From Alphaproteobacteria bacterium (lineage in GTDB: Bacteria; Pseudomonadota; Alphaproteobacteria; Bin95), in the NCBI GenBank assembly GCA_965205265.1, contig CBDBGH010000003.1:1856001-1920000 (forward strand): 64,000 nucleotides of DNA. Direction: 5' to 3'. The notes under the pieces are model-generated. The model was not told where the DNA came from. It was given only the letters and a program-made list of their open reading frames with translations, and searched no databases. Below, piece by piece: positions 10,547 through 20,559 of this stretch (positions within the stretch are counted from its first letter, which is position 1; the number at the start of each line of letters is the position of its first letter). Position numbers and translations under genes: made by a program.

Positions 10547-10958
10547 TGCGAATTTCAAGGTTCGGGCGCTTGGCGAGGTCGTGCTGCGGACGGCGCGGCT
10601 CGACGAGATGAGGTCCTTCTACCGGGACGCGATCGGTCTGGAGGTGATGCGGATTTTCGGAGGCGGCATGACCTTCTTCCGCCTGGCGCCCGGTTTCGAG
10701 GGACACACGGCCGTGCTCGCCCTCTTCCCTCTCGACCGGGGCGAGGGCTGGCAGGGACATGAACCCACGCGGTCCACCCTGCATCACTTCGCGCTAAGCA
10801 TCCCGCATGCCGAACGCCCCGGCGCGCTGGCCGAACTCACCGCCCGGGGCCTCGAGCCCCGGACAGCCTTTCACGAGTGGGTCGGCTGGCATTCCATCTA
10901 TGTCAAGGACCCCGACGGCAACACCGTGGAACTCGTCAGCGCCCCGGAACCGGCATGA
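10539..10958 (+). CDS. VOC/glyoxalase family protein
   Basis: LGEVVLR, FYRDAIGL, LHHFAL, SIYVKDPDGNTVEL. Confidence 0.88.
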   Translation: MGSANFKVRALGEVVLRTARLDEMRSFYRDAIGLEVMRIFGGGMTFFRLAPGFEGHTAVLALFPLDRGEGWQGHEPTRSTLHHFALSIPHAERPGALAELTARGLEPRTAFHEWVGWHSIYVKDPDGNTVELVSAPEPA

Positions 10959-11100
10959 CGGACAGCAACCCCTCGGGGACAAGCCCGCCGCCGGCAGCGG
11001 CCAATTCACTCTAAAGGGGCAATACTCTAGACTGGCTGCGGCTTCGACCTAGCACGGTCTTAGCGAGTTGGCTTGGCTCTCCCGACAATCCGGCATCCGA

Positions 11101-12813
11101 ATGGCGACGAATTTCAACACCAGCAACAGCACTTGGCGCCAGTTGATGGGGAACGGTCTGCTTTACCGGGTGCCGCCGTTCCAGCGGGACTACAGCTGGG
11201 GCGAGGAGGATTGGGACGATCTCTGGCATGACATCCGGGAGGTCGTGCGCCCGGAGGGCGAACCCGCCCATTACATGGGTTATCTCGTCCTGCGGTCGGA
11301 GGACGGCAAGCGGTTCGACATCATTGACGGGCAACAGCGCCTGACAACCCTGAGCATTATCGTGCTCGCCGCCTTGCGGCAATTACAAGCCATGCTGGAC
11401 AAGGGGCAGGATACCGAAAATACCCGCATGAGGCTTGAAAGCCTGCGGCAGGCCTATATCGGATACCTCGATCCGGTGACTCTGGTTTCGCAGCCCAAGC
11501 TGAAATTGAACCGGAACAATGACGACTATTTCCAGACTTACCTGGTTCCGCTGGTGTCGCCCTTGCCGAGACGCGGATTCAGAAGGTCGGAACACGATAT
11601 GCGCAAGGCATTCGAGTGGTTCGACCGCCGTTTTCGGGAATATCTGGAGGAAGAGGACGATCCCGGTTTGGCGGTAGTACGGCTGATCGACGGGATGAGC
11701 GACAAACTGCTCTTTACTGTCATCACGGTTACCGACGAACTGAACGCGTATCGCGTGTTCGAAACGCTGAACGCGCGGGGCGTGCGGCTCTCGGCGACCG
11801 ACCTTCTGAAAAACCATTTGTTCTCGCTTCTTCACCGCGAAGGCGAGCATGAGCATGAGATCGAGACGCTGGAGGACCGCTGGAACGGGATTGTAAGGAG
11901 GCTCGGGGAGGAGAGCTTCCCCGACTTCCTCCGCGTTCACTGGATAGGCCGGAGAACGACCGTCCGGCTGTCCGACCTGTTCAAGACCGTTCGCACCCAG
12001 ATCCGTGACCGAGGCAGCGCATTTTCGCTCCTACAGGATCTGGAGGCCGATATCGACGCCTATCTGTCGCTGACGCAACCGGACGGTTCCGACTGGCCTG
12101 CGGAGTGGAAGCGTCATGCCCGCACCCTTCGCATGTTCAGTGTCCGACAGCCATTCCCGCTGCTGCTTGCCGCGCGGCGGATTCTGGAAGATACCGACTT
12201 CGAGAGGCTGCTGCACTCGGTCGTGATTATCTCCTTTCGCTACAACGTCATTGGTAGTTTTCAAGCAAACGAGCAGGAGCGGGTTTACCACGCAGAAGCC
12301 CAGCGAATTTCAAAAGGCGAGCACTCCTCGATCCGGCAGATCATGGGCAGCCTGCGGCCGGTCTATCCGGACGACGAGCGGTTCCGGCTTAGCTTCAGGG
12401 AAAAATCCATCGGTGTTGCGCAGACGCGCAACAAGCGGGTGGTCCGCTATATCCTGTTCGAACTGGAGCGGCAGGCCTCCGGGAACAGTCACGATTTCGA
12501 GGACAGCCGGATCACCCTTGAGCATGTCTTGCCGTTGAATCCGGAAGACGGCTGGGACGGGTTTAGCGAGGGAGACCTGGACGCCCAAGTCATGCGCCTC
12601 GGAAATATCGCGTTGCTGGAAGCGGGCCCGAACCGGGATGCCGGCAATTCCGGTTACGAAGCGAAGCGAGCGGCGTTCGGTAAGAGCCGATTCCAGACGA
12701 CCCGGGACATTGCCAGCAGGTACGAAAACTGGACGCCGGAGACGATCGATTCGCGCCAGGAAGCAATGGCAAGGAGCGCAGCCGCGATATGGCGGATCGA
12801 TTTTCCCGGTTGA
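11101..12813 (+). CDS. GmrSD-type modification-dependent endonuclease (DUF262 + DUF1524/HNH)
   Basis: FQRDYSW, IIDGQQRLTT, FETLNARG; C-terminal LEHVLP, LGNIALL, N; visibly lower GC than neighbours. Confidence 0.88.
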   Translation: MATNFNTSNSTWRQLMGNGLLYRVPPFQRDYSWGEEDWDDLWHDIREVVRPEGEPAHYMGYLVLRSEDGKRFDIIDGQQRLTTLSIIVLAALRQLQAMLDKGQDTENTRMRLESLRQAYIGYLDPVTLVSQPKLKLNRNNDDYFQTYLVPLVSPLPRRGFRRSEHDMRKAFEWFDRRFREYLEEEDDPGLAVVRLIDGMSDKLLFTVITVTDELNAYRVFETLNARGVRLSATDLLKNHLFSLLHREGEHEHEIETLEDRWNGIVRRLGEESFPDFLRVHWIGRRTTVRLSDLFKTVRTQIRDRGSAFSLLQDLEADIDAYLSLTQPDGSDWPAEWKRHARTLRMFSVRQPFPLLLAARRILEDTDFERLLHSVVIISFRYNVIGSFQANEQERVYHAEAQRISKGEHSSIRQIMGSLRPVYPDDERFRLSFREKSIGVAQTRNKRVVRYILFELERQASGNSHDFEDSRITLEHVLPLNPEDGWDGFSEGDLDAQVMRLGNIALLEAGPNRDAGNSGYEAKRAAFGKSRFQTTRDIASRYENWTPETIDSRQEAMARSAAAIWRIDFPG

Positions 12814-12863
12814 ATCCCGATTTGCCGCGACCTTCTATCGGTTAAGGCCAAGACCTGTTCGGG

Positions 12864-13310
12864 ATGGCAATCATACCGAAAGACACCCCGGCCGACCCGA
12901 GCCCGCCGCCTGCCGCACATCTCCATCATGTGCATCTTTTCGCGGCGGATATCGATGCGGCCGTGGCGTGGTGGCGGGAGAAGCTTGGGGGCGTTGTCGC
13001 CTTCGACGGCGAGTTCGGCGGGGCGCGCAATGTGTTCATGGAGGTCGGGCGCGGCCGCCTCCACCTTTACGACCAGCCGCCGCGCGGGGCGCCCGGCGGC
13101 GCGGTGCATCATGTCGGCATCCAGACCGACGACCTGCCCGCGCTTCACCGCCGGCTGGCCGCGCTCGGCGTGCCGTTCCGCTCCGGCATCCGCGAGTTCG
13201 GCTCGTGGCGCTACATCATGTGCGAGGCGCCGGACGGCGTGTTGCTGGAGCTGTTCCAGATCGATACGGACAATATGCCCCCTGTCCTCGCCCGCTATTT
13301 CTCGCTTTAG
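12864..13310 (+). CDS. VOC family protein
   Basis: LHHVHL, VHHVGI, APDGVLLELFQ. Confidence 0.85.
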   Translation: MAIIPKDTPADPSPPPAAHLHHVHLFAADIDAAVAWWREKLGGVVAFDGEFGGARNVFMEVGRGRLHLYDQPPRGAPGGAVHHVGIQTDDLPALHRRLAALGVPFRSGIREFGSWRYIMCEAPDGVLLELFQIDTDNMPPVLARYFSL

Positions 13311-13353
13311 GCCCGCCTCCGTCACGGGCGGCGGTATCGGGCCCAGGAGCGCC

Positions 13354-14232
13354 TTATTCGAAGGCCTGGTCCCAGCTCTCCGGGAGCAGCCGGTAGTCGC
13401 TTCTGTCGCGCACCAGACGCGAGAAGGCGGGAAAGTGCAGATGCATCCCGGCGATGAGCAGCCGGTCGCTGGCGGCCATGTCGAAGAGCCGCAGGCGCGA
13501 GGCCGCGGCGCGCTCGGGGTCGGTGTCGAAGGCGATGGTGACCTCAGGATGCGCCACCTGGATGTCGGGCACATGCACCGTATCGCCCCAGATCAGCAGG
13601 CTGCGGTCTCCCGACGCGACCAGATAGGCCGTGTGGCCGGGCGTGTGCCCGTGGGCGGGCAAGGCGGTCACGCCGGGGAAGACCTCGCCGGCCCCGAAGA
13701 GCCGCATGGCGCTTTTGTAGGGTGCGATCTGGTCCCGGCCGGCCTGGAAATAGAGCAGCTGTTCGCGCTCGGTCGCGCGGCTCATCGCGGCGTCGTCCGC
13801 CCAGTGGCCGGGCTCGTTCTCATGCATGACGAGCTCGGCGTTGGGAAAGAGGCGCGCGCCCGTCTCCCGGTCCGAGAGGCCGGCCGAATGGTCCGGGTGC
13901 ATGTGGGTCAGGAGGATCGTGTCGATGGCGGACGGCTCGATTCCCGCCGCCTTCAGATTGCTGCCGAGCCAGCCGGCCGTCGGGCCCAGATAGGTGCCGG
14001 AGCCGGTGTCGATCAGGGCGATGCGGCCGGCGGAATGGACGACGAAGGTGTTGACCGAAGTGCGCCGCGCCGGCTGGAACACGGCGGCCATCTCGGCCTC
14101 TCCGGCGGCGGGGTCGATCCCCTGCAGGACGGTGAGGTCGCCGTCGAGATAGCCGTCGCTGAGCGCGGTGACGGTGATGTCGCCGATGCGGCGGTGATAG
14201 ACGCCGGGAATCTGGCCGGTCGGTGCGGACAT
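13354..14232 (-). CDS. MBL-fold metallo-hydrolase (methyl-parathion hydrolase/AiiA-like)
   Basis: LIDTG, THMHPDH, GHTPGH, WGD, GMHLHFP. Confidence 0.9.
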   Translation of the reverse strand: MSAPTGQIPGVYHRRIGDITVTALSDGYLDGDLTVLQGIDPAAGEAEMAAVFQPARRTSVNTFVVHSAGRIALIDTGSGTYLGPTAGWLGSNLKAAGIEPSAIDTILLTHMHPDHSAGLSDRETGARLFPNAELVMHENEPGHWADDAAMSRATEREQLLYFQAGRDQIAPYKSAMRLFGAGEVFPGVTALPAHGHTPGHTAYLVASGDRSLLIWGDTVHVPDIQVAHPEVTIAFDTDPERAAASRLRLFDMAASDRLLIAGMHLHFPAFSRLVRDRSDYRLLPESWDQAFE

Positions 14233-14308
14233 GGGATTGCTGCTCTTTCTCGCTGCGAGCGGTCGGATACAATCATACCGAATGTGCGCATGAAGAGGGG
14301 GATGCCCG

Positions 14309-14638
14309 ATGGCCACGCAGACACCGCCCGACCGCGATGCGGTCCGCAATTTCGTCCCGAAGATGATCGAGATGACCGAGGAGGTCGTTTATGGCGATGT
14401 CTGGGAACGCGAGGCGCTCTCCAAGCGCGACCGCAGCCTGATCACCGTGGCGACGCTGGTCGCGCTCGGCCGCGAGCGCCAGTTGAAGGGCCATGTCGGG
14501 CGGGCGCTGGACAATGGCGTGACGCCGGAGGAGCTCTCCGAACTCATCACCCACCTTGCGCTCTATGCCGGCTGGCCGGCGGCGATGACGGCCGCCCTGA
14601 TCGCCAAGGACGTGGTTGCCGAGCGCGGGGCAGGATGA
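14309..14638 (+). CDS. Carboxymuconolactone decarboxylase family protein
   Basis: YGDVWER, LSKRDRSLITVA, HLALYAGWP. Confidence 0.9.
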   Translation: MATQTPPDRDAVRNFVPKMIEMTEEVVYGDVWEREALSKRDRSLITVATLVALGRERQLKGHVGRALDNGVTPEELSELITHLALYAGWPAAMTAALIAKDVVAERGAG

Positions 14639-15585
14639 AGCCGCTGACGGGTCCGCATGTCTGGCGGGCCGCCGACCTCGCCGCCGACAGGTCCTGGCGC
14701 CTCGATCTCGCCCCGGCGGAGATCGCATCGCTGGAGGCGGGCCGCTTCGACCTGCCGCGCCTCGACCGGGTGCGCGCCGGGCTGGAGCGCGGACGCGGCC
14801 TCGCGCTGATCCGCGGCCTGCCGGTCGCACGCTATGGCGAAGAGACGGCTGCAGCCATTTTCAGCGGGCTCGGCGAGGCGCTCGGCGTCGCCGTCTCGCA
14901 GAGCTACAGGGGCGACCGGATCGGCCATGTCCGCGATATCGGGGAAGCCGGGCGCTATTATACGGTGGGCGGCGCGCTCGAAATGCACATGGACCCGGTC
15001 GATATCGTCGGCCTGCTTTGCCTGAAGAAGGCCGTCTGCGGCGGGGAAAGCCGCATCGCAAGCTCGGCCGCGGTGCATAACGCGGTGCTGGCGGAACGGC
15101 CGGACCTCGTTCCGGTGCTGCGCAGAGGCTTCCACTACACCAGCCGCGAGGAGGACAAGGCTGCCGGCGCGCCGCCGGTCACCGCGCACCGGGTGCCGGT
15201 GTTCGGCGAAATCGACGGCCGGTTCGCCGCATTCCTGCTGCCCATCGCCATCCGCAATGCCGAGAAGGCGGGGGCGCCGCTTTCGCCATTGGAGCGCGAG
15301 GCGCTGGAAGCGATCGCCCGGACAGCCGCGCGGCCCGACCTCGCCTTTGAGATGGACCTCGAACCGGGTGACATGCAGTTCCTCAACAACCGGCTCATTC
15401 TTCACGGCCGGGCCGACTACCGGGATTCGCCGGACCCGGAACGCAAGCGCCACATGCTGCGGCTCTGGCTGATGATGCCGGGCTGGCCGCCGCGCCCCGA
15501 AACCATGACCATGCACGCCCGGCACGACCGCGCCGGGGGCGGCATCGCGCCCAAGCCGTCCGTTGCAGCCGGAGACCGTCCATGA
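14635..15585 (+). CDS. TauD/TfdA family Fe(II)/2OG dioxygenase
   Basis: HMD (HxD), GGESRI, PGDMQFLNNRLILHGR, RHMLRLWL; ATGA overlap. Confidence 0.88.
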   Translation: MKPLTGPHVWRAADLAADRSWRLDLAPAEIASLEAGRFDLPRLDRVRAGLERGRGLALIRGLPVARYGEETAAAIFSGLGEALGVAVSQSYRGDRIGHVRDIGEAGRYYTVGGALEMHMDPVDIVGLLCLKKAVCGGESRIASSAAVHNAVLAERPDLVPVLRRGFHYTSREEDKAAGAPPVTAHRVPVFGEIDGRFAAFLLPIAIRNAEKAGAPLSPLEREALEAIARTAARPDLAFEMDLEPGDMQFLNNRLILHGRADYRDSPDPERKRHMLRLWLMMPGWPPRPETMTMHARHDRAGGGIAPKPSVAAGDRP

Positions 15586-16760
15586 CCGAGCGCCGTATAG
15601 CGCCGCTGTCCGTCGAGGAGGCCGTTGCGCGCGGCGGCGAAGTGCGCATCCATCCCGACCTTGCGCGCCTGGAGGTCATGCGCGCGCTGCTGCACCACCC
15701 GCCGCTCGCCAAGGCGATCCAGACGCTGCTCATCATGCTGCTCTACAAGGGCCACATCCTGGACGAGCGGCTGCGCGAACTCCTCATCATGCGCATCGCC
15801 TGGCGGACGGCCTCCCTCTACGAATGGACGCAGCATTGGCGCGTCGCCCGCGACCTCGGCATGGACGAGACCGACATTCTGGGCGTGCGCGACTGGCGCG
15901 GCTTCGCCGGCTACGGCCGGCCGGAACGGGCCGTGCTCGCCGCCGTGGACGAGACGCTCGACACCGGCGCCGTGTCGCCCGCAACGATGGCGGAATGTCT
16001 CGACCTTCTCGGCGGCCCGGCGGAGGCGATCGAACTTCTGGCGGCGATCGGCAATTGGCGCATGTTCTCGCAATTGCTGCGCACGCTCCGCGTTCCGCTG
16101 GAGGACGGCGTGGCCGCCTGGCCGCCGGACGGCGCGACGCCGCCCGAGCCCCGGATCGGCGTCGCGGGCGGCCTGGCGGGCCGGGAGGGCGTGGACGGCG
16201 CTTCCGTTCTGCCGCTGCTCCCGCCCGACGAGTCCGCCCGGCGCGGCAAGGAGCTCGGCCTCGACGACGGACAGGCCCGGCGCGCGCCCTATCGGTTGCT
16301 GCTCCAGCATCCGCCGCTCGCAAGGGCGTTGAACGGCCTGCTCTCGCGCCTTCTCTACAATGGCGTGCTGGATGCCCGCGTGCGCGAACTCGTCATCATG
16401 CGGACCGCATGGCGCACCGGCTCGGCGGTGGAATGGGCGCGTCATGTGCCCTTCTGCCGGCGGATCGGCGTCAGCGACGCAGACCTGCTCGCGGTCCGGG
16501 GACCTCTGGAGGACACGGACTTCAGCGCAGCCGAACGCGCGGCGCTCATGGCGACCGACGACACGCTGGAGACGGGCGCGGTCGGCGACGACGCCTGGGC
16601 GGCCTGCGAGGCGGCGTTCGGGACCCTGCCCGAGCTCCTGGAGCTGGTAGCGGCGATTTCCCACTGGCGCATGTATTCCCAGATCCTGCGCAGCAGCGGC
16701 GCGCCTCACGAGGAGGACGACACGGTCTGGGCGCCGGACGGCCGGTTTCCCGCTGACTGA
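15582..16760 (+). CDS. Tandem two-domain CMD/AhpD-like protein
   Basis: Two copies of LLxHPPLA..LLY.G..LDxRxRELxIMRxAWRT..EW..H..WRM. Confidence 0.85.
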   Translation: MTERRIAPLSVEEAVARGGEVRIHPDLARLEVMRALLHHPPLAKAIQTLLIMLLYKGHILDERLRELLIMRIAWRTASLYEWTQHWRVARDLGMDETDILGVRDWRGFAGYGRPERAVLAAVDETLDTGAVSPATMAECLDLLGGPAEAIELLAAIGNWRMFSQLLRTLRVPLEDGVAAWPPDGATPPEPRIGVAGGLAGREGVDGASVLPLLPPDESARRGKELGLDDGQARRAPYRLLLQHPPLARALNGLLSRLLYNGVLDARVRELVIMRTAWRTGSAVEWARHVPFCRRIGVSDADLLAVRGPLEDTDFSAAERAALMATDDTLETGAVGDDAWAACEAAFGTLPELLELVAAISHWRMYSQILRSSGAPHEEDDTVWAPDGRFPAD

Positions 16761-16780
16761 AACGGAGGGTTGGCAGGCAT

Positions 16781-17419
16781 ATGCACCCATCGCCCCTGTT
16801 CCGGCAGGCCTCGCGGGAGGCCAATCTGGCCTTTGCGAGAGAGCGCGGCTTCGGCGTTCTCGCCGTCGGCGCGGGCGATGCCGGCGGGCCGTTGCTGAGC
16901 CACATTCCGTTCCTGCTGTCGGAGGACGGAAGCGCGGTCCATGCCCATCTCGCCCGGCCCAACCCGATCCTGCGCTGCCTGGAGGACGGGGAGCGGCCGG
17001 CCGTGCTGGCGGTCGGCGGCCCGGACGGCTATGTCTCGCCGGACTGGTACGAGGCCGACCCCGGCCTGGTGCCGACATGGAACTATGTGGCCGTGCATCT
17101 GCGCGGCGTGCTGCGGCTTCGCCCCGGAGAGGCGATCCGGGGCCATCTGGATGAGCTGGCGGCGCAATTCGAGGAACGGCTGTTGCCCAAGCGGCCCTGG
17201 CGGACGACCAAGGTTCCGGACCGCCAATTGCAGGCTCTGATGCGGGCGATCCTGCCGGTCGAGCTCGAGGTGGAACGGGTGGACGGCACCTGGAAGCCGA
17301 ACCAGAACCGGCCCGATGAGGCGCGGCTGGCGGCGGCGGGCCACATGGAGGCCGGCGGCCTCGGCATGGAAACCGCCCTGCTTGCCGGGCTGATGCGGAA
17401 CCTGCCGGAGGCGGACTGA
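16781..17419 (+). CDS. FMN-binding PaiB-like protein
   Basis: SHIPF, HLARPNP, GPDGYVSPDWY, VPTWNYVAVH. Confidence 0.9.
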   Translation: MHPSPLFRQASREANLAFARERGFGVLAVGAGDAGGPLLSHIPFLLSEDGSAVHAHLARPNPILRCLEDGERPAVLAVGGPDGYVSPDWYEADPGLVPTWNYVAVHLRGVLRLRPGEAIRGHLDELAAQFEERLLPKRPWRTTKVPDRQLQALMRAILPVELEVERVDGTWKPNQNRPDEARLAAAGHMEAGGLGMETALLAGLMRNLPEAD

Positions 17420-17422
17420 CCC

Positions 17423-18145
17423 ATGCTGCGGTTCGACGGCCACAGGATATTGGTGACCGGCGGGTCGAGCGGCATTGGAAATGCCATTGCCACTGCGTTC
17501 CGCGATGCCGGCGCGGAGGTGGCGGCCACCGGCACGAAGCCGCGCGAGGCCTATGAGAGCGACCTCGAAGGCATCGAGTTCCACACCGTCGATGTCGGCG
17601 ACGAAGAGCAGCGGCGCGCGCTGGCGGCGCGGTTCGACCGGCTGGACGTGCTGGTCAACAATGCCGGCACGGTCGCCTACCGGCGGGCGGAATACGAGCC
17701 CGAGACCTTCCGCCGGGTGCTGGAGGTCAATCTCGGCGCAGGGCTGCATCTGGCGACCCTGCTGCATGGCCGGCTCGCCGCGCGCCCGGGCTCCGTCGTC
17801 AACCTCTCCTCGATGACGGCCTTTTTCGGCAGCCAGGGCAACCCGGCCTACGGAGCGAGCAAGGCCGGCATCGTGCAGATGACGAAGACGCTGGCCGTGG
17901 CCTGGGGCGGCGACGGCATCCGCGTCAACGCCGTCGCGCCGGGCTATGTCCACACGCAGATGACCGACCGCTTCAAGCGCAGCGAAGAGGCCGACCGCGG
18001 GATCGTCGCGCGCACGCCGCTCGGCCGCTGGGGCCTGCCGGACGACATGGCGAAGGTCGCGCTCTTCCTCGCCTCCGACCTCGCCGGCTTCGTCACCGGC
18101 CAGACCATCTCCGTGGACGGCGGCTTCGGCTGCGCCATCGGGTAA
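17423..18145 (+). CDS. Short-chain dehydrogenase/reductase
   Basis: TGGSSGIG, NNAG, YGASK, VDGG. Confidence 0.92.
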   Translation: MLRFDGHRILVTGGSSGIGNAIATAFRDAGAEVAATGTKPREAYESDLEGIEFHTVDVGDEEQRRALAARFDRLDVLVNNAGTVAYRRAEYEPETFRRVLEVNLGAGLHLATLLHGRLAARPGSVVNLSSMTAFFGSQGNPAYGASKAGIVQMTKTLAVAWGGDGIRVNAVAPGYVHTQMTDRFKRSEEADRGIVARTPLGRWGLPDDMAKVALFLASDLAGFVTGQTISVDGGFGCAIG

Positions 18146-18151
18146 CGGCGT

Positions 18152-20521
18152 TCAGCCGCTCCGCTGCGCGTCCTGAATCGCCCGCCACACGCGCTCCGGC
18201 GTCAGCGGCATTTCGATGTGGCGGACGCCTAACTCCCGCAGCGCGTGGCAGACGGCGTTGACGACGAGTCCGAGCGCGGGCGTGGTGCCGCCTTCGCCGC
18301 CGGGGCGGATGCCGAAGGGATGCGAGCTTGCCGGCACCTCCGTTATCAGCGTGTGGACCGGCGGCACGGTGTCGGCGCGCGGCATGGCGTAGTCCATGAA
18401 GGAGCCGGTGAGAAGCTGGCCGTCCGCCGGCCTGTAGCGCACCGCCTCCATCAGCGCCTGGCCGAGCCCCTGCGCCACCGCGCCCTGCGCCTGCCCGTGC
18501 AGGATCAGCGGATTGACCGCGAGGCCGACATCGTCCAGCGCGGTCCAGGCGGCGACATGCACATGGCCCGTATCGGGATCGACCTCGACCTCGCAGACAT
18601 GCGCGCCGTAGGGATAGCCGCCCGAGCGGTCGGTAATGTCGCCGATGCCTTCCAGCGGCCCGTCGGCAAGAGCGGCAGCTTCGGCCAAGCCGAGGCTGGC
18701 GCCGCTCGCAGCATGGAACGCGCCCTCACGCCAGGCGATGTCGTCGGGCGGGGCCTGCAGCGCATCGGCGGCTATCGCCCTGCCCCGCTCCAGCAGCGCC
18801 CCGACGGCCTTGTCGATGGCGATGCTGGCAAGCCGCATGGAGCGACCGGAATGCGAGCCGCCGCCGACCGACACGCGCTCCGTGTCGTTGCAGACATAGC
18901 GGATGCGCTCGAAAGGCACGCCCAGCCAGTCGGCGGCCAGCTGCGGGAAGCTGGTCTCGTGGCCCTGGCCGCTGCTCATCGTGCCGACGATGAGTTCTAT
19001 CGTGCCGTCCGCGAGTGCCCGGAGTTCCGCCCGCTCGCGGGGTATGCCGCTCGTCACCTCGATATAGTTGGCGACCGCGATACCCCGGAGGAGCCCCCGC
19101 CGGCGGGATGCCGTGCGCCGCGCCTCGAACCCCGCCCAGCCGGCGGCCTCGAGCGCCCCGTCCATGCCGGCGGTATAGTCGCCGCTGTCATAGGTGACGC
19201 CGACGGCGTTGGTGAACGGCATGGCGTCGGCCGCGATCAGGTTCCGCCGGCGCAGTTCCACCCGGTCGAAGCCGTGCTCTTCGGCGGCGAGATCGATCAG
19301 CCGCTCGATCGTGTAGATGGCCTCGGGCCGCCCGGCGCTGCGATAGACGGCCGTGGGAGCCGTGTTGGTGAGCACCGCATGGCCCCGGAAATGAACGGCG
19401 GGTATCCGGTAGGTCCCCTGCATCATCGAGAGGCCCTTGCGCAGCGGCCAGAAATAGACCGTGCAGGCGCCGAGATTGAGCGTGTTCACCCCCCGGAGCG
19501 CCAGGAAATTGCCGTCCCCGTCGAGCGCCAGCGCCGCCTTGGACCGGAGGTCGCGGGCCTGGTAGTCGGTCAGGAAGCATTCGCGCCTGTCCGCCGTCCA
19601 CTTCACCGGCCGCCCGATGCGCCGCGCCGCCCAGGGCATGAGCGCGAACTCCGGCGAGAAGGCGTTCCTGGTGCCGAAATTGCCGCCCATGTCGCCGAAG
19701 ACGGCCCGGCAGTTCTCCGGCGGCACGCCGAGCGTGACCGCAAGCCGCTCGCGCGTCTGCACGGCGCCGCGCCCGGAGGCCGCGCGTAGCGTGTAGAAGT
19801 CGGTTTCAGCGTCGTATTCGCCGACCACGGCGCGCGGCTCCATGGGCACGCCGTTGACGCGGTGGATATGGCTGTCGAGCGTCACGACATGGGCAGCCTC
19901 GGCGAAGGCCGCATCCGCCGCCTCGCGGTCGCCGACCTCGCAGGTGAGCGCCAGGTTTTGCGGGCAATCGGGCCAGAGCTGCGGCGCGGCCTCGCTCATC
20001 GCCGCCCGCGCATCCGTCACGGCCGGCAGGGGCTCGTAGTCCACCGCGACCAGTTCCGCCGCATCGGCCGCGAGCGCCGCGGTTTCGGCCACGACCAGCG
20101 CCACGGCCTCGCCGCAATAGCGCACGGTATCGACCGGCAGGGGCGGGTTCGGGGTCAGCGCAACCTCGAACCCTTCCGGCAGGCGCAGTTCGACATCGGG
20201 CCCGCCCTGCCAGTCCGGGTTGTGCGGGATCGGCCCCATCCCGTCGGCGGCCGCGTCGGCTCCTGTCAGCACGGCGAGCACGCCCGGCAGGGCCGCAGCG
20301 CGCGAGGCGTCGATTCCGCCTATGCGGGCATGGGCATGGGGGCTCCGGACGAGAGCGGCATATGCCGCCCCTTCGGGCGTGAAATCGTCGGCGTAGCGGC
20401 CCCGGCCCGTCACCAGCCGCCGGTCTTCCACCCGTCTTCTCGGCTTGCCGATTTCGCCCAACGCCCCGCCTCCCCCGCGCATGGATGGGGCCATTCTTGG
20501 CATTGCGGGGCGCTCCGGCAA
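18152..20521 (-). CDS. Xanthine dehydrogenase family Mo-binding large subunit (CoxL-like, not form I); start uncertain (20482-20521)
   Basis: RVEDRRLVTGRG, RSPHAHA, GGNFG, YRSAGRPE, GQGHET, GEGG. Confidence 0.9.
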   Translation of the reverse strand: MPERPAMPRMAPSMRGGGGALGEIGKPRRRVEDRRLVTGRGRYADDFTPEGAAYAALVRSPHAHARIGGIDASRAAALPGVLAVLTGADAAADGMGPIPHNPDWQGGPDVELRLPEGFEVALTPNPPLPVDTVRYCGEAVALVVAETAALAADAAELVAVDYEPLPAVTDARAAMSEAAPQLWPDCPQNLALTCEVGDREAADAAFAEAAHVVTLDSHIHRVNGVPMEPRAVVGEYDAETDFYTLRAASGRGAVQTRERLAVTLGVPPENCRAVFGDMGGNFGTRNAFSPEFALMPWAARRIGRPVKWTADRRECFLTDYQARDLRSKAALALDGDGNFLALRGVNTLNLGACTVYFWPLRKGLSMMQGTYRIPAVHFRGHAVLTNTAPTAVYRSAGRPEAIYTIERLIDLAAEEHGFDRVELRRRNLIAADAMPFTNAVGVTYDSGDYTAGMDGALEAAGWAGFEARRTASRRRGLLRGIAVANYIEVTSGIPRERAELRALADGTIELIVGTMSSGQGHETSFPQLAADWLGVPFERIRYVCNDTERVSVGGGSHSGRSMRLASIAIDKAVGALLERGRAIAADALQAPPDDIAWREGAFHAASGASLGLAEAAALADGPLEGIGDITDRSGGYPYGAHVCEVEVDPDTGHVHVAAWTALDDVGLAVNPLILHGQAQGAVAQGLGQALMEAVRYRPADGQLLTGSFMDYAMPRADTVPPVHTLITEVPASSHPFGIRPGGEGGTTPALGLVVNAVCHALRELGVRHIEMPLTPERVWRAIQDAQRSG

Positions 20522-20559
20522 TGATGCGCTTCGTCCCGATTCACGAACGGAGTGTCCCG

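Noticed and set aside
18152-20521. Aerobic CO dehydrogenase (coxL form I)
   Set aside because: Active-site loop is YRSAGR, not AYxCSFR, and coxM/coxS are absent
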